A stretch of 64,000 nucleotides of DNA from Dehalococcoidales bacterium (lineage in GTDB: Bacteria; Chloroflexota; Dehalococcoidia; Dehalococcoidales; W693), in the NCBI GenBank assembly GCA_034431095.1, contig DAOUDM010000035.1, forward strand, positions 844 to 64,843, given 5' to 3'. Position numbers and translations under genes: made by a program. Every line of letters starts with the position of its first letter. Position 1 is the stretch's first letter. The notes beneath the pieces were generated by a model. It was not told the origin of the DNA, made no database searches, and saw only the letters and a list, made by a program, of their open reading frames with translations. Positions 8,534 to 17,712 of this stretch are shown one piece after another.

Positions 8534-9982
8534 ATGGCCGGAAAGAAGCCGCAGACGTTGGAGCAACGGGTAGCCCGCTTTATTCGAGAACATCAACTGA
8601 CATTGAGCGGGGGCTGCCTGCTGGTGGCGGTATCCGGCGGCGCTGACTCTACCTGCCTGCTCCATCTTCTAGCCGGGCTGAGGGAGGAGCTGGGCATAAG
8701 GTTGCACGTCGCCCACCTCGACCACCAGTTACGGGGGGCTGAGTCCAGGGCGGACGCCGATTACGTCCAGGGATTAGCCAATAGCCTTGACATACCCTTG
8801 ACAATAGGCAAGGCTGACGTCGGGGCTTATCAAAAGAAGCACCGTATCTCGCTGGAGGAGGCGGCCAGAGAAGTGCGCTACCGCTTTCTGGCTGATACTG
8901 CCGATAGTGTCGGCGCCGATAGGGTGGCTACCGGCCATACCCTCGACGACCAGGTGGAGACGATACTGATGCACTTGGTGCGGGGGACGGGGACGCGGGG
9001 GCTTGTCGGCTTGAAGCCGACAAGCCAGTGGCGGATGGATGGCAGGAGGATTATTATAGTCCGCCCTCTGCTTGAAGTCAGCCATCGGGAGACGGCCGAC
9101 TACTGCCAGAGCCACCGGCTGGCACCGCGGCTTGACGCTTCCAACCTGTCGCTGTCACCACTGAGGAACAGAATCCGGCAACAGCTTCTGCCTTTACTGC
9201 GGAGCTATAATCCGGGGGTGGCTGAGGCGTTACTGCGCACTGCCGCCACTGCCGCCGATGAGCTTGCTTTTCTGGATGAAGAAATCGCCCGTTTGTGGGG
9301 TAAGGTCGTCCAGAGGCAGGGGGAAACTATCGTCCTGGATAAGAAAGGTTTTGGCAGGCTGGGCCTGGCTCTGAAGAGGCACCTGCTGAGGACAGCCATC
9401 GAGGAGCTTCTGGGCAGTCTCAAGGATATTGAGGCGCGTCATATTGAAGAGATCATAGCCGTGCTGGATAAGCCGGCGGGGAAGCAGGTAAGCTTGCCCT
9501 GGGGGCTGGTCTTTGTCGTGGAATACGAGCGTTACCTGCTGGGCAGAGAGCCGTCTGCTCTTTGTCCGTTTCCTGCTCTGGCGGGCGAGTATGCTCTGAA
9601 CATCCCCGGGGAGACGAGACTGACGGGGTGGCGGGTTGAGGCTGAAGTTATAGAGCGGAGAAAGATATCTGAAAAGGATGATGACTTTACCGCCTACCTT
9701 GATTTTGATAAGTCTGGCAGAAAGCTGTCGGTGCGGCACCGCAAGGCGGGGGACCGGTTTCAGCCTTTGGGCTTGGGCCGGCCTAAGAAGCTGAACGAGT
9801 TTATGATTGATGCCAGGATCCCCCGCGCCTGGCGGGGGCGGATACCGGTGGTCTGCATCCCTGGACAGGCATTAGACACCCCTGGACAGATTGTCTGGCT
9901 GGTCGGCTGGCGCATAGATGAGCGGGTAAAGGTTACCGAGGCAACTAAGAAGGTTTTACGGCTGGAGTTCAAGACGGAGTGA
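8534..9982 (+). CDS. tilS: tRNA(Ile)-lysidine synthetase
   Basis: 482 aa. PP-loop VAVSGGADSTCLLHLL, then HLDHQLRG and the TilS substrate-binding C-terminal region. Confidence 0.9.
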   Translation: MAGKKPQTLEQRVARFIREHQLTLSGGCLLVAVSGGADSTCLLHLLAGLREELGIRLHVAHLDHQLRGAESRADADYVQGLANSLDIPLTIGKADVGAYQKKHRISLEEAAREVRYRFLADTADSVGADRVATGHTLDDQVETILMHLVRGTGTRGLVGLKPTSQWRMDGRRIIIVRPLLEVSHRETADYCQSHRLAPRLDASNLSLSPLRNRIRQQLLPLLRSYNPGVAEALLRTAATAADELAFLDEEIARLWGKVVQRQGETIVLDKKGFGRLGLALKRHLLRTAIEELLGSLKDIEARHIEEIIAVLDKPAGKQVSLPWGLVFVVEYERYLLGREPSALCPFPALAGEYALNIPGETRLTGWRVEAEVIERRKISEKDDDFTAYLDFDKSGRKLSVRHRKAGDRFQPLGLGRPKKLNEFMIDARIPRAWRGRIPVVCIPGQALDTPGQIVWLVGWRIDERVKVTEATKKVLRLEFKTE

Positions 9983-11110
9983 TTACAGTATTCCACGTAT
10001 TATGTCGCTTACCATCTGGGCGATAGCCGGGGCGCTGGTCAGCCCCGGGGATTCTATGCCGACAAGGTTTATCAGCCCAGGAAGACCTTTATCGCTTTCC
10101 TCGGCGATAATAAAGTCGTGGAAGCCATCACCCGGTTTCTGGAGTGTGGGCCTGATGCCGGCCGTATCCGGCTCCAGGTCATCGGCTTCAATGAATGGCA
10201 AAAACCCTTTCACTGAGCGGGCGAAGGATTCTCTATGCGTTTCGTCGACGGCATAGTTTATGTCATCGACATAGATGGTGTTGGGACCCAGCCGCATCCT
10301 CCCCTCCAGGTTGAGGTTGGTGTGAACGCCCAGCTTGGTGCCGTCTGTTTCTGGCACCGGGTATATTAAACTCCTGGCCAGACTGCTCTTGCCCTGTGCC
10401 ACGGAGAAGTACTCGCCCTTGCAGTAGTGAATCTTATACCCCGCCCCGTCTATGTCGACACCGGCAAGCGCCGCCATCCGGTCGCTGTTGAGCCCGGAGC
10501 AGTTGACCACCACTGCCGTCTCGAAGGAGAAGGTCCCGGAGTCATCGGCTACGGTTACCTGATAGCCGTTGCTCATCCTGTCTATGGCTATAACCTCCGA
10601 CCGGTAAACGACATCGGCACCTTTCTCCCGAGCCCGGGCAAGGAAATAGCTCATCAGGGCTAAGGAGTCGACGATACCCGTCGACGGGGAATAGATGGCG
10701 GCTAGTGCTTCAACGTTGGGCTCGGTTGCCTTAGCTTCCCTTGCCGAGAGCAGTTTGAGCTCCCTGACCCCGTTATCCCTGCCCCGCCGGAGTAATACTT
10801 CCAGCTCGCCGGCTTCACCCTCGTCGGTGGCTACGATTAGTTTCCCTGGCTGCCCGTAGCCTATACCGTGCTTCTGGCACAGCTCGTAAGTCAGGGCGTT
10901 CCCCAGGACGCAGGTAGTTGCCTTGAGCGAGCCCGGTGGATAGTAGATACCACTATGGATGACCTCGCTACTGCGACTGCTGGTTTCCATGCCGAAACGC
11001 TCGTTCCGCTCCAGCACATAGACCTGCCGACGGTTATCGGCAACATGGCTGGCTACCGCCAGCCCTATTATGCCGGCGCCGATTACAGTAACGTCTACCT
11101 TATCTGGCAT
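9983..11110 (-). CDS. FAD-dependent oxidoreductase, L-2-hydroxyglutarate oxidase (LhgO)-like
   Basis: 375 aa. Dinucleotide-binding VTVIGAGIIGLAVA, then SSRSSEVIHSGIYYPPGSLKA, as in LhgO/DAO-family enzymes. Confidence 0.8.
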   Translation of the reverse strand: MPDKVDVTVIGAGIIGLAVASHVADNRRQVYVLERNERFGMETSSRSSEVIHSGIYYPPGSLKATTCVLGNALTYELCQKHGIGYGQPGKLIVATDEGEAGELEVLLRRGRDNGVRELKLLSAREAKATEPNVEALAAIYSPSTGIVDSLALMSYFLARAREKGADVVYRSEVIAIDRMSNGYQVTVADDSGTFSFETAVVVNCSGLNSDRMAALAGVDIDGAGYKIHYCKGEYFSVAQGKSSLARSLIYPVPETDGTKLGVHTNLNLEGRMRLGPNTIYVDDINYAVDETHRESFARSVKGFLPFIEADDLEPDTAGIRPTLQKPGDGFHDFIIAEESDKGLPGLINLVGIESPGLTSAPAIAQMVSDIIRGIL

Positions 11111-11165
11111 GGTGCTACCTGCCCTCTTTATATCGCTCGTTTGGGTTGCAATCAGGGGGTGGGGG

Positions 11166-11978
11166 TTATGCCCGGCTTTGCTCTGGCTTCATCGCCTGCA
11201 CCTTTATGCTGGCAACCGAGTTTTCGATGTCTTCTCTGTTAGCTTTAAGCTTGTTGATGACTGACTCAGTCGTTGAATCATCAGATATGCAATCGATGGG
11301 GTAAAGCGTCTCGTCCAGTACATTGACATCCTGGAAGCCGGCTTCTCTTATCGTCTTCAGGTAGTCGTCTTTCATTAAGGCTCCGGCAACACAGCCGACA
11401 TAGGCGGCAACGGACTGCTTTATGGCATCGGGCAGCTCCTTCAGCAGGACGATATCGGATACCATCAGCCTGCCGCCGGGTTTCAGCACTCGTAGAGCCT
11501 CTTTGAAGACCCTTTGCTTATTCGGCGACAGATTGATGACGCAGTTGGAGATGACGATGTCAACCGAGCTATCGGCGGCGGGGATGTTTTCAATCTCGCC
11601 CAGCCGGAACTCCACGTTTTCATAGCCATCATTAAGGGCATTGGCTCTGGCCTTACCGACCATCTCCGGCGTCATATCGACGCCGATAACCCTGCCGCTG
11701 TTACCGACCTTGTTTGCCGCCAGGAAGACGTCGAAGCCGGCGCCAGCGCCGAGGTCAAGGACGGTCTCACCCTCTTTCAGTGATGCCAGGGCTACCGGAT
11801 TGCCGCAGCCAAGCCCCAGGTTGGCATCTTCCGGGACGGACTCAAGCTCTTCATCGGAATAGCCTATGCTCTTGCTGATGTCTTCGGCTTTGGTTGACCG
11901 GCAACAGCACGATTTATTTTCTCTGGCTATTCGGGCATAGTTCTCTCTGACCGATTTTCTAATTTCTTCTTTTTTCAT
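11166..11978 (-). CDS. arsM: Arsenite S-adenosylmethionine methyltransferase-like (ArsM family) methyltransferase
   Basis: 270 aa. [32 protein letters not shown] motif [12 protein letters not shown] and [11 protein letters not shown], which covers the conserved Cys positions of ArsM-type enzymes. Confidence 0.8.
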   Translation of the reverse strand: MKKEEIRKSVRENYARIARENKSCCCRSTKAEDISKSIGYSDEELESVPEDANLGLGCGNPVALASLKEGETVLDLGAGAGFDVFLAANKVGNSGRVIGVDMTPEMVGKARANALNDGYENVEFRLGEIENIPAADSSVDIVISNCVINLSPNKQRVFKEALRVLKPGGRLMVSDIVLLKELPDAIKQSVAAYVGCVAGALMKDDYLKTIREAGFQDVNVLDETLYPIDCISDDSTTESVINKLKANREDIENSVASIKVQAMKPEQSRA

Positions 11979-11997
11979 CGCTTATTCTCCTGTTAGC

Positions 11998-13542
11998 TTA
12001 GTGCAAGAAATGCCTGACGCCGGTAAAGACCATGGCAATATCATGTTTATCGGCGGCTTTGACGGAGTCTTCGTCTCTTATGGAGCCGCCAGGCTGGATG
12101 ATGGCCGTGGCGCCGGCTTCTGCCGCCTGCTCGACGCTGTCCGGGAAGGGGAACATGGCATCGGAAGCCATGACGCTGCCCCGGGACTTGTTACCAGCCT
12201 TAGTTTTGGCTATGTCAACACTTATCACCCGGTTGGGCTGTCCCGCCCCCATGCCGACCAGGGTTTTATCTTTGACCAGCACGATGGCATTGGACTTGAT
12301 ATGCTTTACCGCCCGCCAGGCGAAGAGCAGGTCTTCCATTTCCTTGGCTGTCGGCTCGCGCTTTGTTACCGTTTTGAGCTGGACATCGTCTTCCGCCAGC
12401 GAGTCGGCGGCTTGAACGAGCAGTCCCCCCTTTACCCGGCGATAGTCGAGGTAGCCGACGGGGGTAGTGGCGTAATCTGATGGCAATTCAGCCAGTAAAA
12501 TACGCAGGTTTTTCTTCTTTTTTAGAACCTCCAGCGCATCGGCGTCGTATTCGGGGGCGATGACTATTTCATAAAAAACGCCTGCCATTGCCTCAGCCAT
12601 TGCCAGGCTGACCGCTCGGTTGCTGGCGACAATGCCGCCGAAGGCGGAAACGGTGTCGCCGCTGAAAGCCCGCCGGTAGGCTTCGGCGATATCCGGGTGG
12701 CTGGCCAAGCCACAGGTATTGGTGTGCTTGACGATAGCCACTGTCGGCTCGGCGAAATCGACGGCAGCACCCCAGGCGGCATCGGCGTCCAGGATGTTAT
12801 TAAAAGACATCTCCTTGCCCCATAGCTGCTTTGCCCAGGTTATGCCGGTGTCCTGCCTGGGGGCTACTATTTGCTCGGCGTAGAAGACGGCTGGCTGGTG
12901 TGGGTTTTCGCCGTAGCGCAGGTCCTGGCGTTTTTTAAGTGCTATGGTCATCTCCTCGGGGAAGCTGTCCAGACCCTGTCTAAGGTACTGGGAGATGGCG
13001 GTATCATAGCTGGCGACATGCTGGAAAGCCTTTTGCGCCAGCCTTTTACGCTCTTCCAGTGATAGTTCTCCAGCCTTTAGCTTCTCTAAGGCTACCTCGT
13101 AATCAGCCGGGTCAACCACCACGATGACGGAGGGGAAGTTCTTGGCTGCCGCCCGTAGCATGGTGGGGCCGCCGATGTCTATATTCTCCAACGCCTCATC
13201 CAGGGTAACCCCTTCCTTGGACATGGTCTGGACAAATGGGTACAGGTTGACCACCACCATGTCAATGGGTTGGATGTTGTTATCGGCCAGCTCCTTCATA
13301 TGCTCGGGCAGGTTGCGCTTTGCCAGCAGGCCGCCGTGGACAGCCGGGTGCAGGGTCTTTACCCTGCCGTTTAATATTTCGGGGAAGCCGGTAATTTCGG
13401 AGACGCCTTTTACCGGTACACCGGCGTCTGATAACGCCTTCTTGGTGCCGCCGGTGCTGAAGATTTCAAATCCCAGCTGGCTTAGCTTTTTGGCGAAATC
13501 GGTTACCCCCCTCTTGTCAGAGACGCTGATGATAGCTCGCAT
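11998..13542 (-). CDS. purH: Bifunctional AICAR transformylase / IMP cyclohydrolase
   Basis: 514 aa. MRAIISVSDKRGV...GGTKKAL...KTLHPAVHGG, ending in the C-terminal FTGVRHFLH, all typical of PurH. Confidence 0.96.
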   Translation of the reverse strand: MRAIISVSDKRGVTDFAKKLSQLGFEIFSTGGTKKALSDAGVPVKGVSEITGFPEILNGRVKTLHPAVHGGLLAKRNLPEHMKELADNNIQPIDMVVVNLYPFVQTMSKEGVTLDEALENIDIGGPTMLRAAAKNFPSVIVVVDPADYEVALEKLKAGELSLEERKRLAQKAFQHVASYDTAISQYLRQGLDSFPEEMTIALKKRQDLRYGENPHQPAVFYAEQIVAPRQDTGITWAKQLWGKEMSFNNILDADAAWGAAVDFAEPTVAIVKHTNTCGLASHPDIAEAYRRAFSGDTVSAFGGIVASNRAVSLAMAEAMAGVFYEIVIAPEYDADALEVLKKKKNLRILLAELPSDYATTPVGYLDYRRVKGGLLVQAADSLAEDDVQLKTVTKREPTAKEMEDLLFAWRAVKHIKSNAIVLVKDKTLVGMGAGQPNRVISVDIAKTKAGNKSRGSVMASDAMFPFPDSVEQAAEAGATAIIQPGGSIRDEDSVKAADKHDIAMVFTGVRHFLH

Positions 13543-13583
13543 AAAGACCTCCGTTTATCGATTTCACCCTCTCCCCCTTTATT

Positions 13584-14591
13584 TTACTTAATAACTACCC
13601 TTGCATTACCCGTCTGTTTTACCACTTTACCGATAACCTTGGACTCAGGTAGTCGTCTTGTGATTTGGTCAACGCTGTCAGGTGAGCAGATAAGCACCAT
13701 ACCGATGCCCATATTGAAAACGCGGTACATCTCGTCTCTATCTACGTCGCCCTGACGCTGGATTAGCTGAAAGATAGGCGGTACCGCCCACGATTTACTG
13801 TTAAAGCTTGCCGCCAAGCCTTCAGGTAAAATGCGGGGCACATTGCCAGTCAAGCCGCCGCCGGTGATGTGTGCCATCCCTTTGATGAGGTGCAGCAACG
13901 GCTTGAGCCGGTGGTAGTAGCACCGGTGCGGCTCTAAAAGCGCCTCGCCGATGGTCCTGCCCAGCTCAGGATAATGTTTGTTTAGTTTCTCGGTAGTATC
14001 GCCGAAAACCTTACGGGCCAGGGAATAGCCGTTTGTGTGGAGACCGCTGGAGGTCAAGCCGATGGCAATATCGCCGGCGGTTATCGTCCTGCCGTCTATT
14101 ATTTTATCTTTTTCAACGGCGCCGATGATAAAGCCGGCCAGGTCATAGTCCTCTTCGGCGTATAGCCCGGGCATCTCGGCTGTTTCGCCGCCGATGAGGG
14201 CGCAACCGACCTCCTGACAGGCATTAGCCAACCCCTGGACAATAGCCTCTACCCTGTCCGGGGCTAGCTTGCCCATAGCGATGTAGTCGAGGAAGAAGAG
14301 CGGCTCGGCGCCGCAGGTAAAAATATCGTTGACGCAGTGATTGACCAAGTCGATGCCGATGGTGTCGTGCTTGTTGAGGGCATCGGCAACCTTGAGCTTG
14401 GTGCCGACCCCGTCGACACTGGAGACCAGCACCGGTTGCCCAAACCCCTTTAACTCAAAAAGTCCGCCGAATAGACCAGGACCGGCCAGCACCTCGGGGC
14501 GTTGCGTGGTCCGGGCATGCTTGGCAATCAGCCTCTTGAGCCTGTCGGCGGCATCGATGCTGACGCCGGCGGCTTCATAGGTATGTTTAAT
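13584..14591 (-). CDS. purM: Phosphoribosylformylglycinamidine cyclo-ligase (AIR synthetase), probable ATT start
   Basis: The track ORF (13584..14492) starts at an internal GTG. The frame stays open upstream for another 51 sense codons, to an in-frame TAA. The 33 codons counted from the proposed ATT start encode the conserved PurM N-terminus (I)KHTYEAAGVSIDAADRLKRLIAKHARTTQRPEV. That stretch contains no ATG, GTG or TTG. An ATT codon at 14589-14591 lies 7 nt downstream of GGAGG (14599-14603). Confidence 0.88.
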   Translation of the reverse strand: MKHTYEAAGVSIDAADRLKRLIAKHARTTQRPEVLAGPGLFGGLFELKGFGQPVLVSSVDGVGTKLKVADALNKHDTIGIDLVNHCVNDIFTCGAEPLFFLDYIAMGKLAPDRVEAIVQGLANACQEVGCALIGGETAEMPGLYAEEDYDLAGFIIGAVEKDKIIDGRTITAGDIAIGLTSSGLHTNGYSLARKVFGDTTEKLNKHYPELGRTIGEALLEPHRCYYHRLKPLLHLIKGMAHITGGGLTGNVPRILPEGLAASFNSKSWAVPPIFQLIQRQGDVDRDEMYRVFNMGIGMVLICSPDSVDQITRRLPESKVIGKVVKQTGNARVVIK

Positions 14592-14632
14592 CTGCTTGCC
14601 TCCAGAATAGAGTGTTTGTCTGTTCTTAAATC

Positions 14633-14839
14633 CTACTTACCGAACCATTTGCCCTTGCCGGCGGCGGCCGCCAGAGGTGCCACCACAATCCAGAGGCTGA
14701 TGGTTATCAGCATCGCCATGGCATAGCTTATTGGGCCTCCCTCGAAGTGCGGGGCGATGGCGCCCCATAAAAGCATGGTGAAGAGGGAACTTAAGAAGAA
14801 CCCGGGTATAGCTGCTCCGAGTATTACACCGCATCCCAT
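14633..14839 (-). CDS. Small hydrophobic membrane protein (unknown function)
   Basis: ORF 14633..14917 trimmed to the ATG at 14839, which is preceded by GGAGG with 9-nt spacing. The product is 68 aa (MGCGVILGAAIPGFFLSSLF...) with two predicted TM helices. It sits between purF and purM. Confidence 0.5.
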   Translation of the reverse strand: MGCGVILGAAIPGFFLSSLFTMLLWGAIAPHFEGGPISYAMAMLITISLWIVVAPLAAAAGKGKWFGK

Positions 14840-14955
14840 CGCAGAAAGCCTCCTTCTGTTTTTTATCCAGCGATTCCTAGAGAGATTTATCATAGCACTG
14901 GAGAAGCCCCGTTGCAATCAAAATGGAGGGAGAATTAGCTTTATGACCAGGGAGG

Positions 14956-16374
14956 TTATCGTTGTTTGACCGGAACCTTGATACCGGTAGCCGCCGTCTC
15001 CAGCGCCAGTTTATCCATCTCCAGCTGTACCGGCACCGGGTATTCACTGGTAAAACAGGCGAGACAGAATATATCCCGTGGTAAACCTATCGCTTTAATC
15101 AGCCCGTCGATGCTCAGATAGCCCAGGGAATCGGCATCGATGAAGTCCCTTATCTGGGGTATGGTTTTCTGGGCGGCGATTAGCTCCCAGCGGGTGGCCA
15201 TATCCACCCCGAAGAAGCAGGGGTAGCGGATTGGCGGGGCGCAGACGCGCATATGCACCTCTTTGGCACCGGCCTTTCGCAGTAGCTTTATTACCTTGGG
15301 CGTGGTGGTGCCCCGGACGATGCTGTCATCGACCAGGACTATACGTTTGCCTTCCAGCACCGAGCGCAGTGGATTGAACTTAAGCTTGACGCCGAGGTCC
15401 CTTATCCGCTGGTCGGGCTCGATGAAGGTGCGCCCCATATAGCGGTTCTTTATCAAGCCTTCTCCCGGCGGTATGCCTGACCTGAAAGCATAGCCGAAGC
15501 TGGCGGCGGTGGCTGAATCGGGCACGCCGATGACCAGGTCGGCGTCGACAGGGTGTTCTTCGGCGAGGCCGGCGCCCATGTTCTGCCTTGCCGTGTGGAG
15601 CAACCGCCCGTTTATGATGCTATCCGGGCGGGAAAAGTATATATATTCGAAGATGCAGGAAGCCTGTTTGACTATCTTTTCCCGGTAGCTTTTAATTCCG
15701 TCAGCGTTAATGGCGACTATCTCGCCGGGCTCTATTTCTCGAATAAAGCTGGCGCCGATATGGTCCAGGGCACAGCTTTCCGAGCTTACCACCCTGTTGC
15801 CATTGGCAATAGCGCCGAGGCATAGAGGGCGGACGCCGAGGGGGTCACGGACGGCATAGAGGGTATTTTTGGTCATGATGACCATGGAGTAGGCTCCCTG
15901 GAGGCGTCGCATGGCGTATCTTATTCTGCCTACCCAGTCCTTCTGGGGGGATGACAGGATGAGGTTGGCGATAACCTCGGTATCCGTGGATGTGTGAAAG
16001 GTGTAGCCCTGCTCGCAGAGCTCCTTGTATAGTGGCTCGGCGTTGGTGATATTGCCGTTGTGGGCGATAGCCAGGCTGTTTGAGTTACTGCCGACGACAA
16101 TAGGCTGGACATTGTAACTGCGGCTGGAGCCCCTGGTGGAATAGCGGTTGTGGCCGATGGCAATATTGCCGGTGAGCTTGCTGAGGGCTTCTTCGTTGAA
16201 CACATGGGACACCAGTCCCATCTTGGCATATACCTGAATCTTCCTGCCGTCGGTGGTGGCGATGCCGGCGCTCTCCTGCCCCCGGTGTTGGAGGGCAAAC
16301 AGGGCAAAATAGGTAAGCCGAGCTATGTCTTCTTTGGGGGCGCAGACACCAAAGATACCACAGGCCTCGTGCAA
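14956..16374 (-). CDS. purF: Amidophosphoribosyltransferase
   Basis: 472 aa with a TTG start. MHEACGIFGV places the catalytic Cys after a 4-residue propeptide. It carries a PRTase motif (VLVDDSIVRGTT) and C-terminal Cys residues for an Fe-S cluster. Confidence 0.95.
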   Translation of the reverse strand: MHEACGIFGVCAPKEDIARLTYFALFALQHRGQESAGIATTDGRKIQVYAKMGLVSHVFNEEALSKLTGNIAIGHNRYSTRGSSRSYNVQPIVVGSNSNSLAIAHNGNITNAEPLYKELCEQGYTFHTSTDTEVIANLILSSPQKDWVGRIRYAMRRLQGAYSMVIMTKNTLYAVRDPLGVRPLCLGAIANGNRVVSSESCALDHIGASFIREIEPGEIVAINADGIKSYREKIVKQASCIFEYIYFSRPDSIINGRLLHTARQNMGAGLAEEHPVDADLVIGVPDSATAASFGYAFRSGIPPGEGLIKNRYMGRTFIEPDQRIRDLGVKLKFNPLRSVLEGKRIVLVDDSIVRGTTTPKVIKLLRKAGAKEVHMRVCAPPIRYPCFFGVDMATRWELIAAQKTIPQIRDFIDADSLGYLSIDGLIKAIGLPRDIFCLACFTSEYPVPVQLEMDKLALETAATGIKVPVKQR

Positions 16375-16420
16375 ATTAACCTACCTCTTAATCTCGGGGT
16401 GGAATAGCTCAGGCACAATC

Positions 16421-16450
16421 ATTATAAACTATTTACTGCCCGTCGGTCAA
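16421..16450 (-). promoter_or_regulatory. Candidate promoter of the purF-purM-purH gene string
   Basis: The reverse strand reads TTGACC (16445-16450), an 18-nt spacer, then TATAAT (16421-16426). It overlaps the 3' end of the upstream methyltransferase gene. Confidence 0.4.
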
Positions 16451-17034
16451 TTCTGGACCTCGCCGCCGTTGTCCTGCTGCTGCTCAGGCTGGCTTTCGTA
16501 GAATATAAAAGCGGCGTTGTTCTGGAGGAAGATGCGGGCGCCGGGCAGGTGCTTGGATACCAGCCTCTCCATCTCCTCTTTGCTTGCTGGGTGACCGAGC
16601 TCCAGCCAGCTAACGCCGCCTTCCTTTAGAGGCTCCCTGATGAAGACCATCTTGTAGTGCTGCCTGAGTTTATCAAGGCAGCCTGCCATATCCTGCAGGT
16701 GGTGTAGAGACCCCCACACCACCGCCAGCTCTCCGCTGGGGAAGTCCTGCTCCAGGTTCATGGCCTCGGCACAGAAGCCCTTCTTACTGGCGCGCCTGAC
16801 CAGCCCGGGGTTGATGTCGAAACAGCGAAGGCTTTCCGGCAGGAATATATCTTTTAGCCGTATGGTTATCTTGCCATCGCCACAGCCCAGGTCATCCATC
16901 TTTCTATGCTGGAAGCTGGGCGGGATATGCTCTCTTAAAAACTCCAGCTGTTTTTTTATGTGGAGACCGATAATAAGATTATTGCCGAAGAATAGGTATG
17001 CCAGTCTTTCTACTATCGCTTGGCGCAGTTTCAT
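16447..17034 (-). CDS. Class I SAM-dependent methyltransferase
   Basis: 195 aa. SAM-binding motif I DLGCGDGKITIRL. Substrate unknown. Confidence 0.7.
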   Translation of the reverse strand: MKLRQAIVERLAYLFFGNNLIIGLHIKKQLEFLREHIPPSFQHRKMDDLGCGDGKITIRLKDIFLPESLRCFDINPGLVRRASKKGFCAEAMNLEQDFPSGELAVVWGSLHHLQDMAGCLDKLRQHYKMVFIREPLKEGGVSWLELGHPASKEEMERLVSKHLPGARIFLQNNAAFIFYESQPEQQQDNGGEVQN

Positions 17035-17061
17035 TGTCTACAGCTCCTTTTTGCATCGTAG

Positions 17062-17712
17062 CTAAATATCTATTCCTATCCACCTCAGCAGGGCGCCCAG
17101 GCCGAAGTAGCCCAGATAGGCGATCATCATACTCTTGACCGTGTTGCCCGCCCAGCACATAATAAAGAACTTCCACATTCGATAGCGGCTGGCACCAATG
17201 GCGAAAGCCATCGGGAAAAAGAAGGGGTTGAGCACCGCCGACATTAAAAAGATGACCAGCGAGCCTCTGTGCTGAGCCCAGCCCATAATACGGGACGTCC
17301 AGCGGACGATGATGTTATTGGACTTGGGGGAAGAGAAGCTGTCCTTGTGGAAAATGCGACGTCCGCTGCGGCCGAAGAGGTAGATAAGGGTGCCGCCTAT
17401 GGCGGAACCAAATCCGGCGGTGGCACCAACCACGGCTGGGTTTAACACCGCCCCCATGGTGAACTGTACCGCCAGCGATGGTACAGGAATGAAGACGGTA
17501 GCCCCGCCGACAGTGCTGACTAGGAACAGCCCCAGGTAGCTAAAGCTGGCCTGCTCCTGGAACGACTGCCAGTAAAAGACCACCGCTATCGCCAGGCCGA
17601 GGGTCAGGGAGATGGTCAGGATGCCTAACCAGAAGTCCCACCTTTTAAGGATGCGTTTTACCTTGTCTAGCTTGGTGCCGGTGTCAGGCCTGGCGTTGGT
17701 ATCAGCCTCCAA
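17062..17712 (-). CDS. DedA/YqaA-like (VTT domain) integral membrane protein
   Basis: 216 aa with multiple TM helices. GGATVFIPVPSLAVQFTMGAV...GSAIGGTLIYLFGRSG resembles the YqaA/DedA family. Confidence 0.6.
   Translation of the reverse strand: MEADTNARPDTGTKLDKVKRILKRWDFWLGILTISLTLGLAIAVVFYWQSFQEQASFSYLGLFLVSTVGGATVFIPVPSLAVQFTMGAVLNPAVVGATAGFGSAIGGTLIYLFGRSGRRIFHKDSFSSPKSNNIIVRWTSRIMGWAQHRGSLVIFLMSAVLNPFFFPMAFAIGASRYRMWKFFIMCWAGNTVKSMMIAYLGYFGLGALLRWIGIDI

Noticed and set aside
14633-14917. The 94-aa version of the small membrane ORF between purF and purM.
   Set aside because: The N-terminal 26 residues are basic and non-hydrophobic with no SD. The internal ATG at 14839 has a GGAGG at proper spacing.
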